This document shows, in pieces, positions 10,201 to 18,814 of a stretch of DNA of 45,718 nucleotides. Source of the DNA: Candidatus Omnitrophota bacterium. GTDB lineage: Bacteria > Omnitrophota > Gorgyraeia > Zapsychrales > Zapsychraceae. The notes beneath the pieces are model-generated. The model did no database searches. It was not told the origin of the DNA and was given only the letters and a program-made list of their open reading frames with translations. Position 1 is the stretch's first letter. Every line of letters starts with the position of its first letter. The position numbers and the translations under genes were made by a program. The stretch spans positions 1-45,718 of the forward strand of contig JAKQAH010000005.1 of NCBI GenBank assembly GCA_029568545.1, written 5' to 3'.

Positions 10201-11890
10201 GGCGGTGGCAATGTTGGGGCGTTTCGTTGAGCAGATTGCTTTCGCCGCCAAGCATGATCGTCTCGTCCATGACCATTTCCTCCCGGATCGAATCGATGGG
10301 CGGGTTGGTCACCTGCGCGAACAGCCGTTTGAAATAATTAAATAAGATCTCGGGCCGTCGGGAAAGAGCGGCTATGGGCGTGTCATCGCCCATGGATCCG
10401 GTCGCCTCGAGGCCCTCGATGGCCATCGGTTTTAAAATCAGTTTGAGGTCCTCGATGGTGTATCCGAAAACCCTCTGGCGCTCCAATAGCGTCTGGGCGT
10501 CAAGACCGTGGATCTTTCTCGGGGCCGGCAGGTCTTTAATATCGACAATGTTTTCCTTCAGCCATTGTCCATACGGCTGCTGCCGGGCGCATTCTCGTTT
10601 GATCCTATCGTCGTCAATCACGGTCCCTTCCAGCGTATCGACCATAAATATCTTCCCCGGCTGCAATCTTCCCTTGACCGCGACTTGCGATTGGTCGATC
10701 GGAAGCACGCCCGTTTCGGAAGCCATGACGACGATATCGTCTTTGGTGATCAGATACCGCGACGGCCTGAGGCCGTTGCGGTCCAGAACGGCGCCGACAA
10801 TCCTGCCGTCGGTGAAAGCGATCGAGGCTGGGCCGTCCCACGGCTCCATCAGGCAGGAATGATATTCATAGAACGCTTTTTTCTCTGCACTCATATCGTC
10901 GCGCCCATTCCACACTTCCGGGATCATCATCATGATCGCGTGCGGCATCGACCGACCGGACAGCACGATCATCTCGAAGGCATTATCGAAGGTCGCGGAA
11001 TCACTGGCGTGAGGTTCCACAATCGGCAGGATCTTCTCCATATCCTCCCCAAAGGCTTCGGAAACAAACTGCATTTCGCGGGCCCGCATCCAATTGACGT
11101 TGCCGCGGAACGTATTGATCTCGCCGTTGTGCGCGATCATGCGGTAAGGATGGGCCAGCGCCCACGTCGGGAAAGTGTTGGTGCTGTACCGGGAATGCAC
11201 CAGCGCGATGGCCGAAACCATCATGGAATCGTCCAGGTCATAGTAGAACTCTTTTAATTGCCCGGGCAAAAGCTGGCCTTTGTAGACCATCGTTTTGCTG
11301 GAAAGGCTGCAGAAATAATAATAATTCCGTTCCCGCAAGGTCGATTCCTGGACGGTGTTGTAAAGCCGCTTGCGGATCACGTAGAGCTTTCGGTCGAAAG
11401 CGGCTTGCGGCGTGTGCGTGCCGCGCTGGATGAACACCTGCTTGAACGTCGGCATGACCGAGCGCGCGACCCGCCCGATCCTCGTTTCATCGTGCGGAAC
11501 GTCGCGCCAGCCAAGGAATTTCTGCCCCTCTTCATGGATAATATGCTCGAACCACTGCTCGATGATGTTGCGGTCCGACGGATTAAGCGGGAGAAAAACG
11601 ATCCCTGTCGCATAGTCCCCCAGCGCCGGCAATTGAATGTTAAGCTTTGCGCATTCTTTCCGCAAAAAAATATCGGGAGTCTGGATCAGGATGCCCGCCC
11701 CGTCGCCGGTCATGGGATCGCACCCGCACGCTCCCCGATGCGAAAGGTTTTCAAGGATCTTCAGCCCGTCGCGCACGATCTCATGCGATTGCGCGCCTTT
11801 CATGTGGGCGATAAACCCGACCCCGCAGCTGTCGTGCTCGAAAGCCGGATCGTACAATCCCTGTTTTTTAGGATAAAATATCCCGCTCAT
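7292..11890 (-). CDS. gltB: glutamate synthase large subunit
   Basis: 1532 aa with the Ntn-amidotransferase start HDSCGVGF, central, FMN and C-terminal GXGXG domains. GGAGAG lies 8 nt upstream of the ATG. Confidence 0.96.
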   Translation of the reverse strand: MSGIFYPKKQGLYDPAFEHDSCGVGFIAHMKGAQSHEIVRDGLKILENLSHRGACGCDPMTGDGAGILIQTPDIFLRKECAKLNIQLPALGDYATGIVFLPLNPSDRNIIEQWFEHIIHEEGQKFLGWRDVPHDETRIGRVARSVMPTFKQVFIQRGTHTPQAAFDRKLYVIRKRLYNTVQESTLRERNYYYFCSLSSKTMVYKGQLLPGQLKEFYYDLDDSMMVSAIALVHSRYSTNTFPTWALAHPYRMIAHNGEINTFRGNVNWMRAREMQFVSEAFGEDMEKILPIVEPHASDSATFDNAFEMIVLSGRSMPHAIMMMIPEVWNGRDDMSAEKKAFYEYHSCLMEPWDGPASIAFTDGRIVGAVLDRNGLRPSRYLITKDDIVVMASETGVLPIDQSQVAVKGRLQPGKIFMVDTLEGTVIDDDRIKRECARQQPYGQWLKENIVDIKDLPAPRKIHGLDAQTLLERQRVFGYTIEDLKLILKPMAIEGLEATGSMGDDTPIAALSRRPEILFNYFKRLFAQVTNPPIDSIREEMVMDETIMLGGESNLLNETPQHCHRLKIPRPMLTNDELERIRAVDRGNLRATTLAIVFPKSSIDEEDKKSPGKAMKQALDDLFKQADHAIAQGYTILVLSDQGVDSEHIPIPSLLACSGLHHHLIRQGTRTRVSLIVETGEAREMHHFAVLIGYGANAVNPYLAFETLENQINKGTYPSDLPYEQAHKNFFKATRKGLFKIISKMGISTIQSYCGAQIFEAVGLGKRLIDRYFMGTPSRIGGIDLNIIAEEAYRRHRDAYAPQDVYERMLDEGGNYRWRKDGKHHQLNPQTVALLQHAVRSGDYQIFKQYTKLLNDQQTNLASIRGLLQFKKRKPVPIEEVEPVSEIVKRFATGAMSYGSISKEAHETMAIAMNRLGGFSNTGEGGEDPARFKKDPNGDWRRSRIKQVAQGRFGVTIDYLVNADQIQIKMAQGAKPGEGGQLPGHKVSAEIAATRYTTPGVGLISPPPHHDIYSIEDLAQLIYDLKNANSRADVSVKLVSEVGVGTVAAGVSKGKADHVVISGGEGGTGASPQTSIKHAGLPMELGIAETQQVLVMNDLRGRIRVQTDGQLKTGRDVIIAGMLGADEFGFATTALITMGCVLLRKCHLNTCSVGVATQDKELRKKFTGRPEHVINFFTFIAEEVREIMAELGIRKFEELIGRVDMLETREAVDHWKAKGIDLTNILHKMDVPEGTAIRHMTRQDHGLEDVLDMRLIESCEEAIESKRPRQFDCKIKNTNRAVGTMLSSEIVRRYGLAGLPEDTIRIKFIGSAGQSFGAFLCSGLTFTLAGDANDYLGKGLSGGKIIARPSYKATFVPEENILVGNVVLYGAIFGEAYFRGIAGERFCVRNSGASAVVEGVGDHGCEYMTGGRVVVLGSTGRNFAAGMSGGIAYVWDKDGTFKSRCNMGTVSLFPVEDEKDIAELRELIEKHYRYAESDLAKRVLDGWEAVLPQFVKVYPNDYRRVVEEAKAYKTKDDLPSETEIISETLVADGN

Positions 11891-11908
11891 ACCAAGACTC
11901 TCCTACAA

Positions 11909-11950
11909 ACATAAAGGAGCTAAATGATCGCTCACTCAACTCCTTTATGT
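11909..11950 (-). promoter_or_regulatory. 11-bp perfect hairpin in the gdhA-gltB spacer (decoy-SD / anti-SD element or weak terminator)
   Basis: ACAUAAAGGAG[20 nt containing GUGA-GCGA-UCAU]CUCCUUUAUGU, then UUGUAGGAGAGUCUUGGU-AUG(gltB). Confidence 0.5.
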
Positions 11951-11997
11951 CCGTTTGCCTCTTTATGTTCTTCCTGTCGGATACACCGCTTTCTTTA

Positions 11998-13395
<1,398 letters not shown>

Positions 13396-13448
13396 TCACT
13401 CTTCTCCTTCTTTTTTATACCAACATTGTTTCAGCTTATTTTCTGGTT

Positions 13449-15071
13449 TTACCGTTCTTTATAACAGTTAGTGATCGGAAGGCGCCAGTCTTTGCCGAAC
13501 GCCCGGGGCGTGATCTTGATCCCGGGGGGCGCCTGCCGTCGTTTATATTCGCTGCGGTCCACCATCCCGATAATATTTTTGATGAGTGCTCGATCCCTCC
13601 TTCTTGCCATTTTCGCCAACGGCCACCGATGCTCAACATATTCTTTGAGCATCTCGTCCAAAAGCCCATACGGCGGCAAACTGTCTTGATCTTTTTGATG
13701 GGCTTTGAGTTCTGCCGTAGGCGCCCTTTTAAGAATGCTGGCCGGAATCATGTTCCCCTCCCGGGCATTCTTAAGCCTTGCCAAATCGTAAATCTTTGTC
13801 TTCGGAACATCCTTGATCACCGCAAATCCGCCGGTCATGTCGCCGTAGAGAGTGCAGTAACCGACGGCGACTTCGCTTTTATTCCCCGTCGTCAGAACCA
13901 GCCATCCGAATTTGTTCGAAAGCGCCATGAGGATATTCCCCCGGATCCTCGCTTGAAGATTTTCTTCGGCTAACCCCGCCTTCGTTCCCCGCCATAGCCC
14001 TTTGAGCTCGTTAAGATACACCTTGAACATCTTTTCGATCGGCGCCTCGATCAGTCTAATCCCCAAATTCCCGGCCAATTTCCGCGCATCCTTTTTCGTC
14101 CCTTGAGATGTATACCTGGACGGCATGGTCACGCCGATCACATTCTCCTTGCCAAGCGCGTCCGTGGCGACGGCCGCGACCAGCGCGGAGTCGATCCCTC
14201 CGCTCAAGCCCAAAACGGCTTTTTGAAAACCGTTTTTTTTCGCATAGTCACGCGTTCCCAAAACCAGGGCCCGGTAAATCCTTTCGTCTTGGCTGAAGGA
14301 GGCCGCACAGCGATTTTCGATGGGCCGTTTTTGTTTCAACCGGCCGATCGGCAGATCGACGATCACCAGATCTTCCTCAAATTGCTTCCCGGACGCGATC
14401 ATTTTCCCGGCGGAATCAAAGACCATGCTGCTTCCGTCGAAAACAAGCTCATCCTGTCCGCCGACAAGATTAACATAGCAGACGAAAGATTTCGTCTGCG
14501 CGGCCCTTTTCCGTAAAAGCTTCTCGCGCTCTTTGAGCTTCCCGACTTCATAGGGAGAAGAAGAAAGATTAATAAGCAATTTCGCCCCCCTGCGCGCTTG
14601 CCGCAACCAAGGGCCCTTTTCGACCCACATGTCCTCGCAGATACTTACGCCAACCTGAACGCCGTCCAGAACGAAATTCTTATTCCGCCGGCCGGAGCAG
14701 AAATACCTTTTTTCATCGAACACGCCATAGTTCGGAAGCGCTTCTTTGCGATAAACGCTTTTTACGCGCCCATCCCCGATAATGGCCGCAGCATTATAAA
14801 GCCTGCCTTTTCCATCCGTATCCGCAAATCCAACCACAGCTACAATGCCTTTGGTCTCGCTTGCCAAAGAACGCAAGACCTTTATGTTATCCCGCACAAA
14901 ATGGTCTTTTAGCAGCAAGTCTTCCGGCGGATAACCGCAAACCGCCAATTCCGGAAAAACGACCATGTCCGCTTCGCGCGCCTTGGCCCGACGGAGGCTC
15001 TCCGCGATCCTGGCCCGATTCCCTTCCAGGTCGCCTACCGTCACATTAATTTGAGCTGCCGCTATTCTCAT
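13449..15071 (-). CDS. nadE: glutamine-dependent NAD+ synthetase (CN-hydrolase + PP-loop synthetase fusion)
   Basis: 540 aa with an N-terminal nitrilase-like domain (VVFPELAVCGY) and a C-terminal GLSGGIDSALVA PP-loop. Confidence 0.93.
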   Translation of the reverse strand: MRIAAAQINVTVGDLEGNRARIAESLRRAKAREADMVVFPELAVCGYPPEDLLLKDHFVRDNIKVLRSLASETKGIVAVVGFADTDGKGRLYNAAAIIGDGRVKSVYRKEALPNYGVFDEKRYFCSGRRNKNFVLDGVQVGVSICEDMWVEKGPWLRQARRGAKLLINLSSSPYEVGKLKEREKLLRKRAAQTKSFVCYVNLVGGQDELVFDGSSMVFDSAGKMIASGKQFEEDLVIVDLPIGRLKQKRPIENRCAASFSQDERIYRALVLGTRDYAKKNGFQKAVLGLSGGIDSALVAAVATDALGKENVIGVTMPSRYTSQGTKKDARKLAGNLGIRLIEAPIEKMFKVYLNELKGLWRGTKAGLAEENLQARIRGNILMALSNKFGWLVLTTGNKSEVAVGYCTLYGDMTGGFAVIKDVPKTKIYDLARLKNAREGNMIPASILKRAPTAELKAHQKDQDSLPPYGLLDEMLKEYVEHRWPLAKMARRRDRALIKNIIGMVDRSEYKRRQAPPGIKITPRAFGKDWRLPITNCYKER

Positions 15072-15790
15072 CTTAGCCCCTTAGCGCTTCGCCGAGAGAT
15101 GATCCCGAGAAAGTTTTCATAAATCTTTTCGGCTGTCTGGCGGAACTTCTTTTGTTTGCGGGAATAATCTTTCAGCATGCGCTCCTTTTGCTTCATGAGA
15201 GAGAAATCGTCCGGAGAAAAATAAGCATCTGCCCATGCGCTAATGACCGGCTCCGTGACCTCGACATGAAACTGCAACCCGTAAGCGGCATCACCGACCT
15301 TAAAAGCCTGGTGCGGGCACGACGAAGAACTGGCCAATAACTGTCCGTCAGCGGGCACCTGAACCATATCCTCGTGCCACTGAAAAACATCAAAGCAGCT
15401 GTCTAAACCGCTAAATAAAGGGTCTCTCTTCCCTTCGTCCGTCAATCGCACCGGAAAGAACCCGACCTCTTTCTCGGGAGACCGCTCCACCTTTGCTCCG
15501 CAGGCTTTGGCTAGCAACTGAGATCCGAGGCAAATACCGAGCATCGGGATCTGCCGGTCCATGATCTTTTTCAAGAACGCATCTTCCGTCGCCAAGAAAG
15601 GATGCTTGCTCTCTTCATAAACGTTCATCGGGCCGCCCAAGCTGATGACAGCATCAAGAGAATCGAGGTCGCCGGGAAGAGCTGCCCGGTCGTACAATTC
15701 GATCGTTCTTGATTCAAATCCGTTTTCTTCAAAGAACTGTCCGAGCGTGCCAGGCCCTTCGATCGAGATGTGTTTGATAAAGAGAACCAT
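15068..15790 (-). CDS. stand-alone class-I glutamine amidotransferase (GuaA-N-like)
   Basis: 240 aa with nucleophile elbow GICLGSQLL and the His-Glu pair in LQFHVE. Its stop overlaps the nadE start (ATGA, 4-nt overlap). Confidence 0.8.
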   Translation of the reverse strand: MVLFIKHISIEGPGTLGQFFEENGFESRTIELYDRAALPGDLDSLDAVISLGGPMNVYEESKHPFLATEDAFLKKIMDRQIPMLGICLGSQLLAKACGAKVERSPEKEVGFFPVRLTDEGKRDPLFSGLDSCFDVFQWHEDMVQVPADGQLLASSSSCPHQAFKVGDAAYGLQFHVEVTEPVISAWADAYFSPDDFSLMKQKERMLKDYSRKQKKFRQTAEKIYENFLGIISRRSAKGLR

Positions 15791-15810
15791 CTTTTCCTGG
15801 GCCTGTTAAG

Positions 15811-15871
15811 AAAAAGCGGATAGCGTTGGACAAAACTGCGGGGCAATCCGATCAACACTATCCGCTTTTTT
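15811..15871 (-). terminator. intrinsic terminator after glnN (A-run/U-run flanked, so potentially bidirectional)
   Basis: GCGGAUAGUGUUG[24 nt]CAACGCUAUCCGC, a 13-bp stem with one G.U, followed by UUUUUCUU. It ends 20 nt before the amidotransferase ATG. Confidence 0.8.
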
Positions 15872-15888
15872 GTATCGTCCGACCCTTC

Positions 15889-18039
15889 CTACATCATGAA
15901 TAGCATTTCCGCGTACGAGGGCAGCGGCCAATCTTCCGCCGGAACCAAGCCTTCCATCGCGTCGATGATCTTGCGCAGCCCGGCCGCATTGTCTTTCATG
16001 TCTTTGGCAGAGCCGCCGGCAATAGATTTCTCAAGCTCTCCGATCGCTGACAGCGCCTCTTCCGTTTTCAGCGAAAGTTCTTTGAGAAGCTTCCGGCTTG
16101 CTGTTAACTTTGTCTTATTAATGCCTTCGACAGATTTGATCGTTTCGGCCAGCTCGATCTGATACTTCATCGCCGCCGGAAGGATCGTCGTCTTGGCCAT
16201 GTCGGCCGCCAGACCGGCTTCGTATTTGATAATCGTTTCATAAGCCTCGAGATAGACTTCATAGCGAGACATCATTTCTTTCTTCGTCAAAACGCCGTGC
16301 TTTTCACACAAAGCAAGAACGGCCGGCTCAAGGGTCGCCTTAAGAGCTTCCGGCGTGGTTTTTAAGTTCGGAAGTCCTCGTTTTTTTGCTTCTTTCACCC
16401 ATTCTTCGGTGTAGTTATCCCCGTTAAAGATGACCCTTTTGTGCTTCTTGATGATATCCTGAAGAATATTCTGGACGGCCTTGTTCATGTTCTTATCGGC
16501 CTTTTTCGCATCTTCCAGCTTTCCGCAAATTTCGTCCAGCGCATCGGCAACGATCGTATTGAGAACAACGTTCGCTCCCGACAGATTCATGGCTGACCCT
16601 ACCGCGCGGAACTCAAATTTCGATCCCGTAAAGGCGAAGGGCGAGGTCCGGTTGCGGTCAGAGGCATGGCGCGGCAGATTAGGAAGGGAATCCACGCCGA
16701 CTTCCAGAGTCCCGCCGTTTTTCGAGCTTTTGATGCCCGAGCCTTTTTCGATCTGCTCGATAATATCGTTGAGCTGGTCGCCCAGATAGACGGAAACGAT
16801 CGCGGGCGGCGCTTCATGAGAGCCCAGACGATGGTCGTTGCCGGCCGAGGCCACCGAAGCGCGCAAAAATCCGGCATGCGTATCAACCGCCTTGATGACC
16901 GCGCACAGCATGATCAAAAAGCGCTCGTTCTCATGAGGATTGGCGCCCGGAGAGAGCCAGTTCTTCCCGTCGGGACCGGTCACAGACCAATTGCAATGCT
17001 TGCCTGAACCGTTGACGCCGGCAAACGGTTTTTCATGCAGCAGACAAGCCAATCCATGGCGTTTTGCGACCTTCTGCATAACTTCCATGGTCAGCATGTT
17101 GTGATCAACGGCAATATTCTGATTCTCGAAAATAGGAGCCACTTCATACTGCCCCGGAGCGACTTCATTATGACGCGTTTTAAGAGGCGCGCCCAACCGC
17201 CACATCTCGCGGTCAAGATCTTCCATGAACGCGATGACGCGGTCCTTGATAGCCCCGAAATAGTGATCGGCCATCTGCTGGTGCTTGGCCGGCGCCTTCC
17301 CGAACAATGTCCTACCCGTCTGAACAAGATCGATCCTTTGATCATAAAATTTCTTATCGATCAGGAAATATTCCTGCTCTCCGCCGAGCGTCGCAAAAGG
17401 GCTCTGCGATATCTTGATGTTCAGGATCTTTGCCAGCCGCGTGATCTGCTTGGAAATCGCCTTCATTGAGCGCAGCAGAGGTGTTTTTTTGTCTAGGGCC
17501 TCTCCGTGCCACCCAACGAAATACGTCGGAATGCAAAGCGTGGCGCCCTGAGGACCCTCTTTAATGAAAGCCGGGCTCGTCGGATCCCATCCGGTATACC
17601 CGCGCGCTTCAAAGGTAGCGCGCAAGCCGCCTGATGGAAAACTGGAGGCATCCGGTTCGCCCTGGATCAACGCGCTGCCGGAGAATTCCAGAATAACGCC
17701 TCCCTCGTTGTCGAGTTCGATAAAGGAATCATGCTTTTCAGCGGTTAATCCGGTCAAAGGTTGAAACCAGTGCGTGTAGTGAGTGGCTCCTTTCGAGACC
17801 GCCCAATTTTTCATGGCTTCGGCAACTTCATCGGCAATGCTCGGATCAAGCGCCCCATTGTTCTTGATGGCCTCACTTAACGATTTATACGCTTTTTCAG
17901 ACAGATAATTGCGCATGATCTTAAGGCCAAATACGTTTTCGCCATAATAGTCGGGAACCGTTTTGCGTCCGTTCTCCGTTGTCATAATGTGTTCTCCTTT
18001 AATGCTTGGAATTCCGATTTCGCTTAATCTTGTTCTCAT
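15889..18039 (-). CDS. glnN: type III glutamine synthetase
   Basis: About 716 aa with the GlnN-type N-terminus (DYYGENVF, HYTHWFQPLTG) and a GS catalytic core. The ATG at 18039 has GGGAGGA 5 nt upstream. An in-frame ATG at 17985 has AAAGGAGAA 6 nt upstream and is an alternative. The track start at 18087 is TTG inside a hairpin. Confidence 0.9.
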   Translation of the reverse strand: MRTRLSEIGIPSIKGEHIMTTENGRKTVPDYYGENVFGLKIMRNYLSEKAYKSLSEAIKNNGALDPSIADEVAEAMKNWAVSKGATHYTHWFQPLTGLTAEKHDSFIELDNEGGVILEFSGSALIQGEPDASSFPSGGLRATFEARGYTGWDPTSPAFIKEGPQGATLCIPTYFVGWHGEALDKKTPLLRSMKAISKQITRLAKILNIKISQSPFATLGGEQEYFLIDKKFYDQRIDLVQTGRTLFGKAPAKHQQMADHYFGAIKDRVIAFMEDLDREMWRLGAPLKTRHNEVAPGQYEVAPIFENQNIAVDHNMLTMEVMQKVAKRHGLACLLHEKPFAGVNGSGKHCNWSVTGPDGKNWLSPGANPHENERFLIMLCAVIKAVDTHAGFLRASVASAGNDHRLGSHEAPPAIVSVYLGDQLNDIIEQIEKGSGIKSSKNGGTLEVGVDSLPNLPRHASDRNRTSPFAFTGSKFEFRAVGSAMNLSGANVVLNTIVADALDEICGKLEDAKKADKNMNKAVQNILQDIIKKHKRVIFNGDNYTEEWVKEAKKRGLPNLKTTPEALKATLEPAVLALCEKHGVLTKKEMMSRYEVYLEAYETIIKYEAGLAADMAKTTILPAAMKYQIELAETIKSVEGINKTKLTASRKLLKELSLKTEEALSAIGELEKSIAGGSAKDMKDNAAGLRKIIDAMEGLVPAEDWPLPSYAEMLFMM

Positions 18040-18045
18040 GTTATC

Positions 18046-18069
18046 CTCCCTTTTTTCTTGAAAAAGGAG
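18046..18069 (-). promoter_or_regulatory. hairpin masking the SD of the 18039 glnN start
   Basis: CUCCUUUUU[CAAGA]AAAAAG(G)GAG, 9 bp with one bulged G. The 3' arm contains the GGGAGG ribosome-binding site. Confidence 0.5.
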
Positions 18070-18099
18070 CGTTTCAGAGAATTTCAAGGAATATGCAAT

Positions 18100-18141
18100 A
18101 AAAAAGCCTCTTTGCGCAGTTTTACCCTTGCTAAAGAGGAC
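18100..18141 (-). terminator. intrinsic terminator in the glnN leader
   Basis: GUCCUCUUU(A)GC[14 nt]GCAAAGAGGC followed by UUUUUU. It lies between the predicted promoter and the glnN RBS. Confidence 0.7.
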
Positions 18142-18151
18142 GCCAGTGCCC
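18138..18151 (-). promoter_or_regulatory. ANTAR-type P2 hexaloop hairpin overlapping the glnN leader terminator
   Basis: GGGC[ACUGGC]GUCC with loop A1 and G4. The 3' arm GUCC is the first 4 nt of the terminator 5' arm. Confidence 0.55.
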
Positions 18152-18194
18152 TTGCACCCAACACCAAAAAAATCTTGTTCTCACGTCGGAGATC

Positions 18195-18221
18195 CCTTTT
18201 CAGACATCATTGCCTAAAAGG
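18195..18221 (-). promoter_or_regulatory. hexaloop hairpin (P1-like) at the 5' end of the glnN leader
   Basis: CCUUUUAGGC[AAUGAU]GUCUGAAAAGG. The loop has A1/G4 and resembles the amtB-leader loops GAUGAU and AAAGAU. Confidence 0.45.
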
Positions 18222-18232
18222 TGAGATAGATG

Positions 18233-18261
18233 AATATACAGCCGACGTATATTTTTGTCAA
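18233..18261 (-). promoter_or_regulatory. sigma70-type promoter for glnN (TTGACA-17-TATATT)
   Basis: -35 at 18261..18256 and -10 at 18238..18233, read on the minus strand. Confidence 0.6.
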
Positions 18262-18378
18262 GATTTTTCTAGAGCTAAAATCCCTTTGTTTTCTGAGGGA
18301 TACGGCCTTCCTTGACGCCCTGAACTTCCTTCCCCAAAGCCTTGATTTCTCAAGAGCTTCCAACAATATTGACCTTAT

Positions 18379-18720
18379 TTATCCTATAGCTTCTTTCCCT
18401 TCTTCCCCCGTTCGGATGCGGATGCACCGCGGCAGATCAAGGACAAAAATCTTTCCATCTCCGATCTGGCCCGTCCTGGCGCCTTTGATGATCGCATTAA
18501 TGGTCGGCTCGACAAAATCCTCATTAACAGCGATTTCAAACCGAACTTTTTTCAAGAGATTGACCTCGTGGATAACCCCTCGGTACGTTTCCTTGAACCC
18601 CCTTTGTTGCCCGCACCCAAGAACATTGGTCACGGTCATCTTATGAACTTCCGCATCAAACAGCGCCTTTTTGACATCCGGCATCTTGTGCGGCTGGATC
18701 ATGGCGACAATTAATTTCAT
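18379..18720 (-). CDS. glnB: nitrogen regulatory protein P-II
   Basis: 113 aa from the ATG at 18720 ([12 protein letters not shown]...) with AAAGGAGAA upstream. It has a T-loop with YRG and lies directly downstream of amtB. Confidence 0.93.
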   Translation of the reverse strand: MKLIVAMIQPHKMPDVKKALFDAEVHKMTVTNVLGCGQQRGFKETYRGVIHEVNLLKKVRFEIAVNEDFVEPTINAIIKGARTGQIGDGKIFVLDLPRCIRIRTGEEGKEAIG

Positions 18721-18814
18721 ATCAATTCTCCTTTTTTTCTCATTCATCATTTAGATAAAATTGGGCTTCTGAAATTTTGAGAAAAATACGCGCATGGCGC
18801 CGTTTCTCCCTGTC

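Noticed and set aside
7418-11914. Many long plus-strand ORFs (for example 8178..8726, 9350..9982, 10508..11257, 11258..11914) antisense to gltB. Similar ones lie opposite the ANTAR gene (20543..21634), pheT (37311..38216), yicC (44645..45271), glpD (3147..3794), rny (34174..34781) and others.
   Set aside because: They are shadow ORFs opposite strongly conserved genes. Their translations are low-complexity (Arg/Pro/Ser-rich), they lack start contexts or SDs, and they have no recognisable motifs.
18262-18378. Possible glutamine (glnA-motif) riboswitch in the GGAAG-rich stretch between glnB and the glnN promoter.
   Set aside because: There is only vague resemblance (repeated GGAAG/AAGGAAG). It lies upstream of the predicted glnN promoter, and I cannot reconstruct the conserved three-stem fold. 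The region is better explained as a weak glnB terminator (AUCCCU...AGGGAU-UUU) plus promoter.
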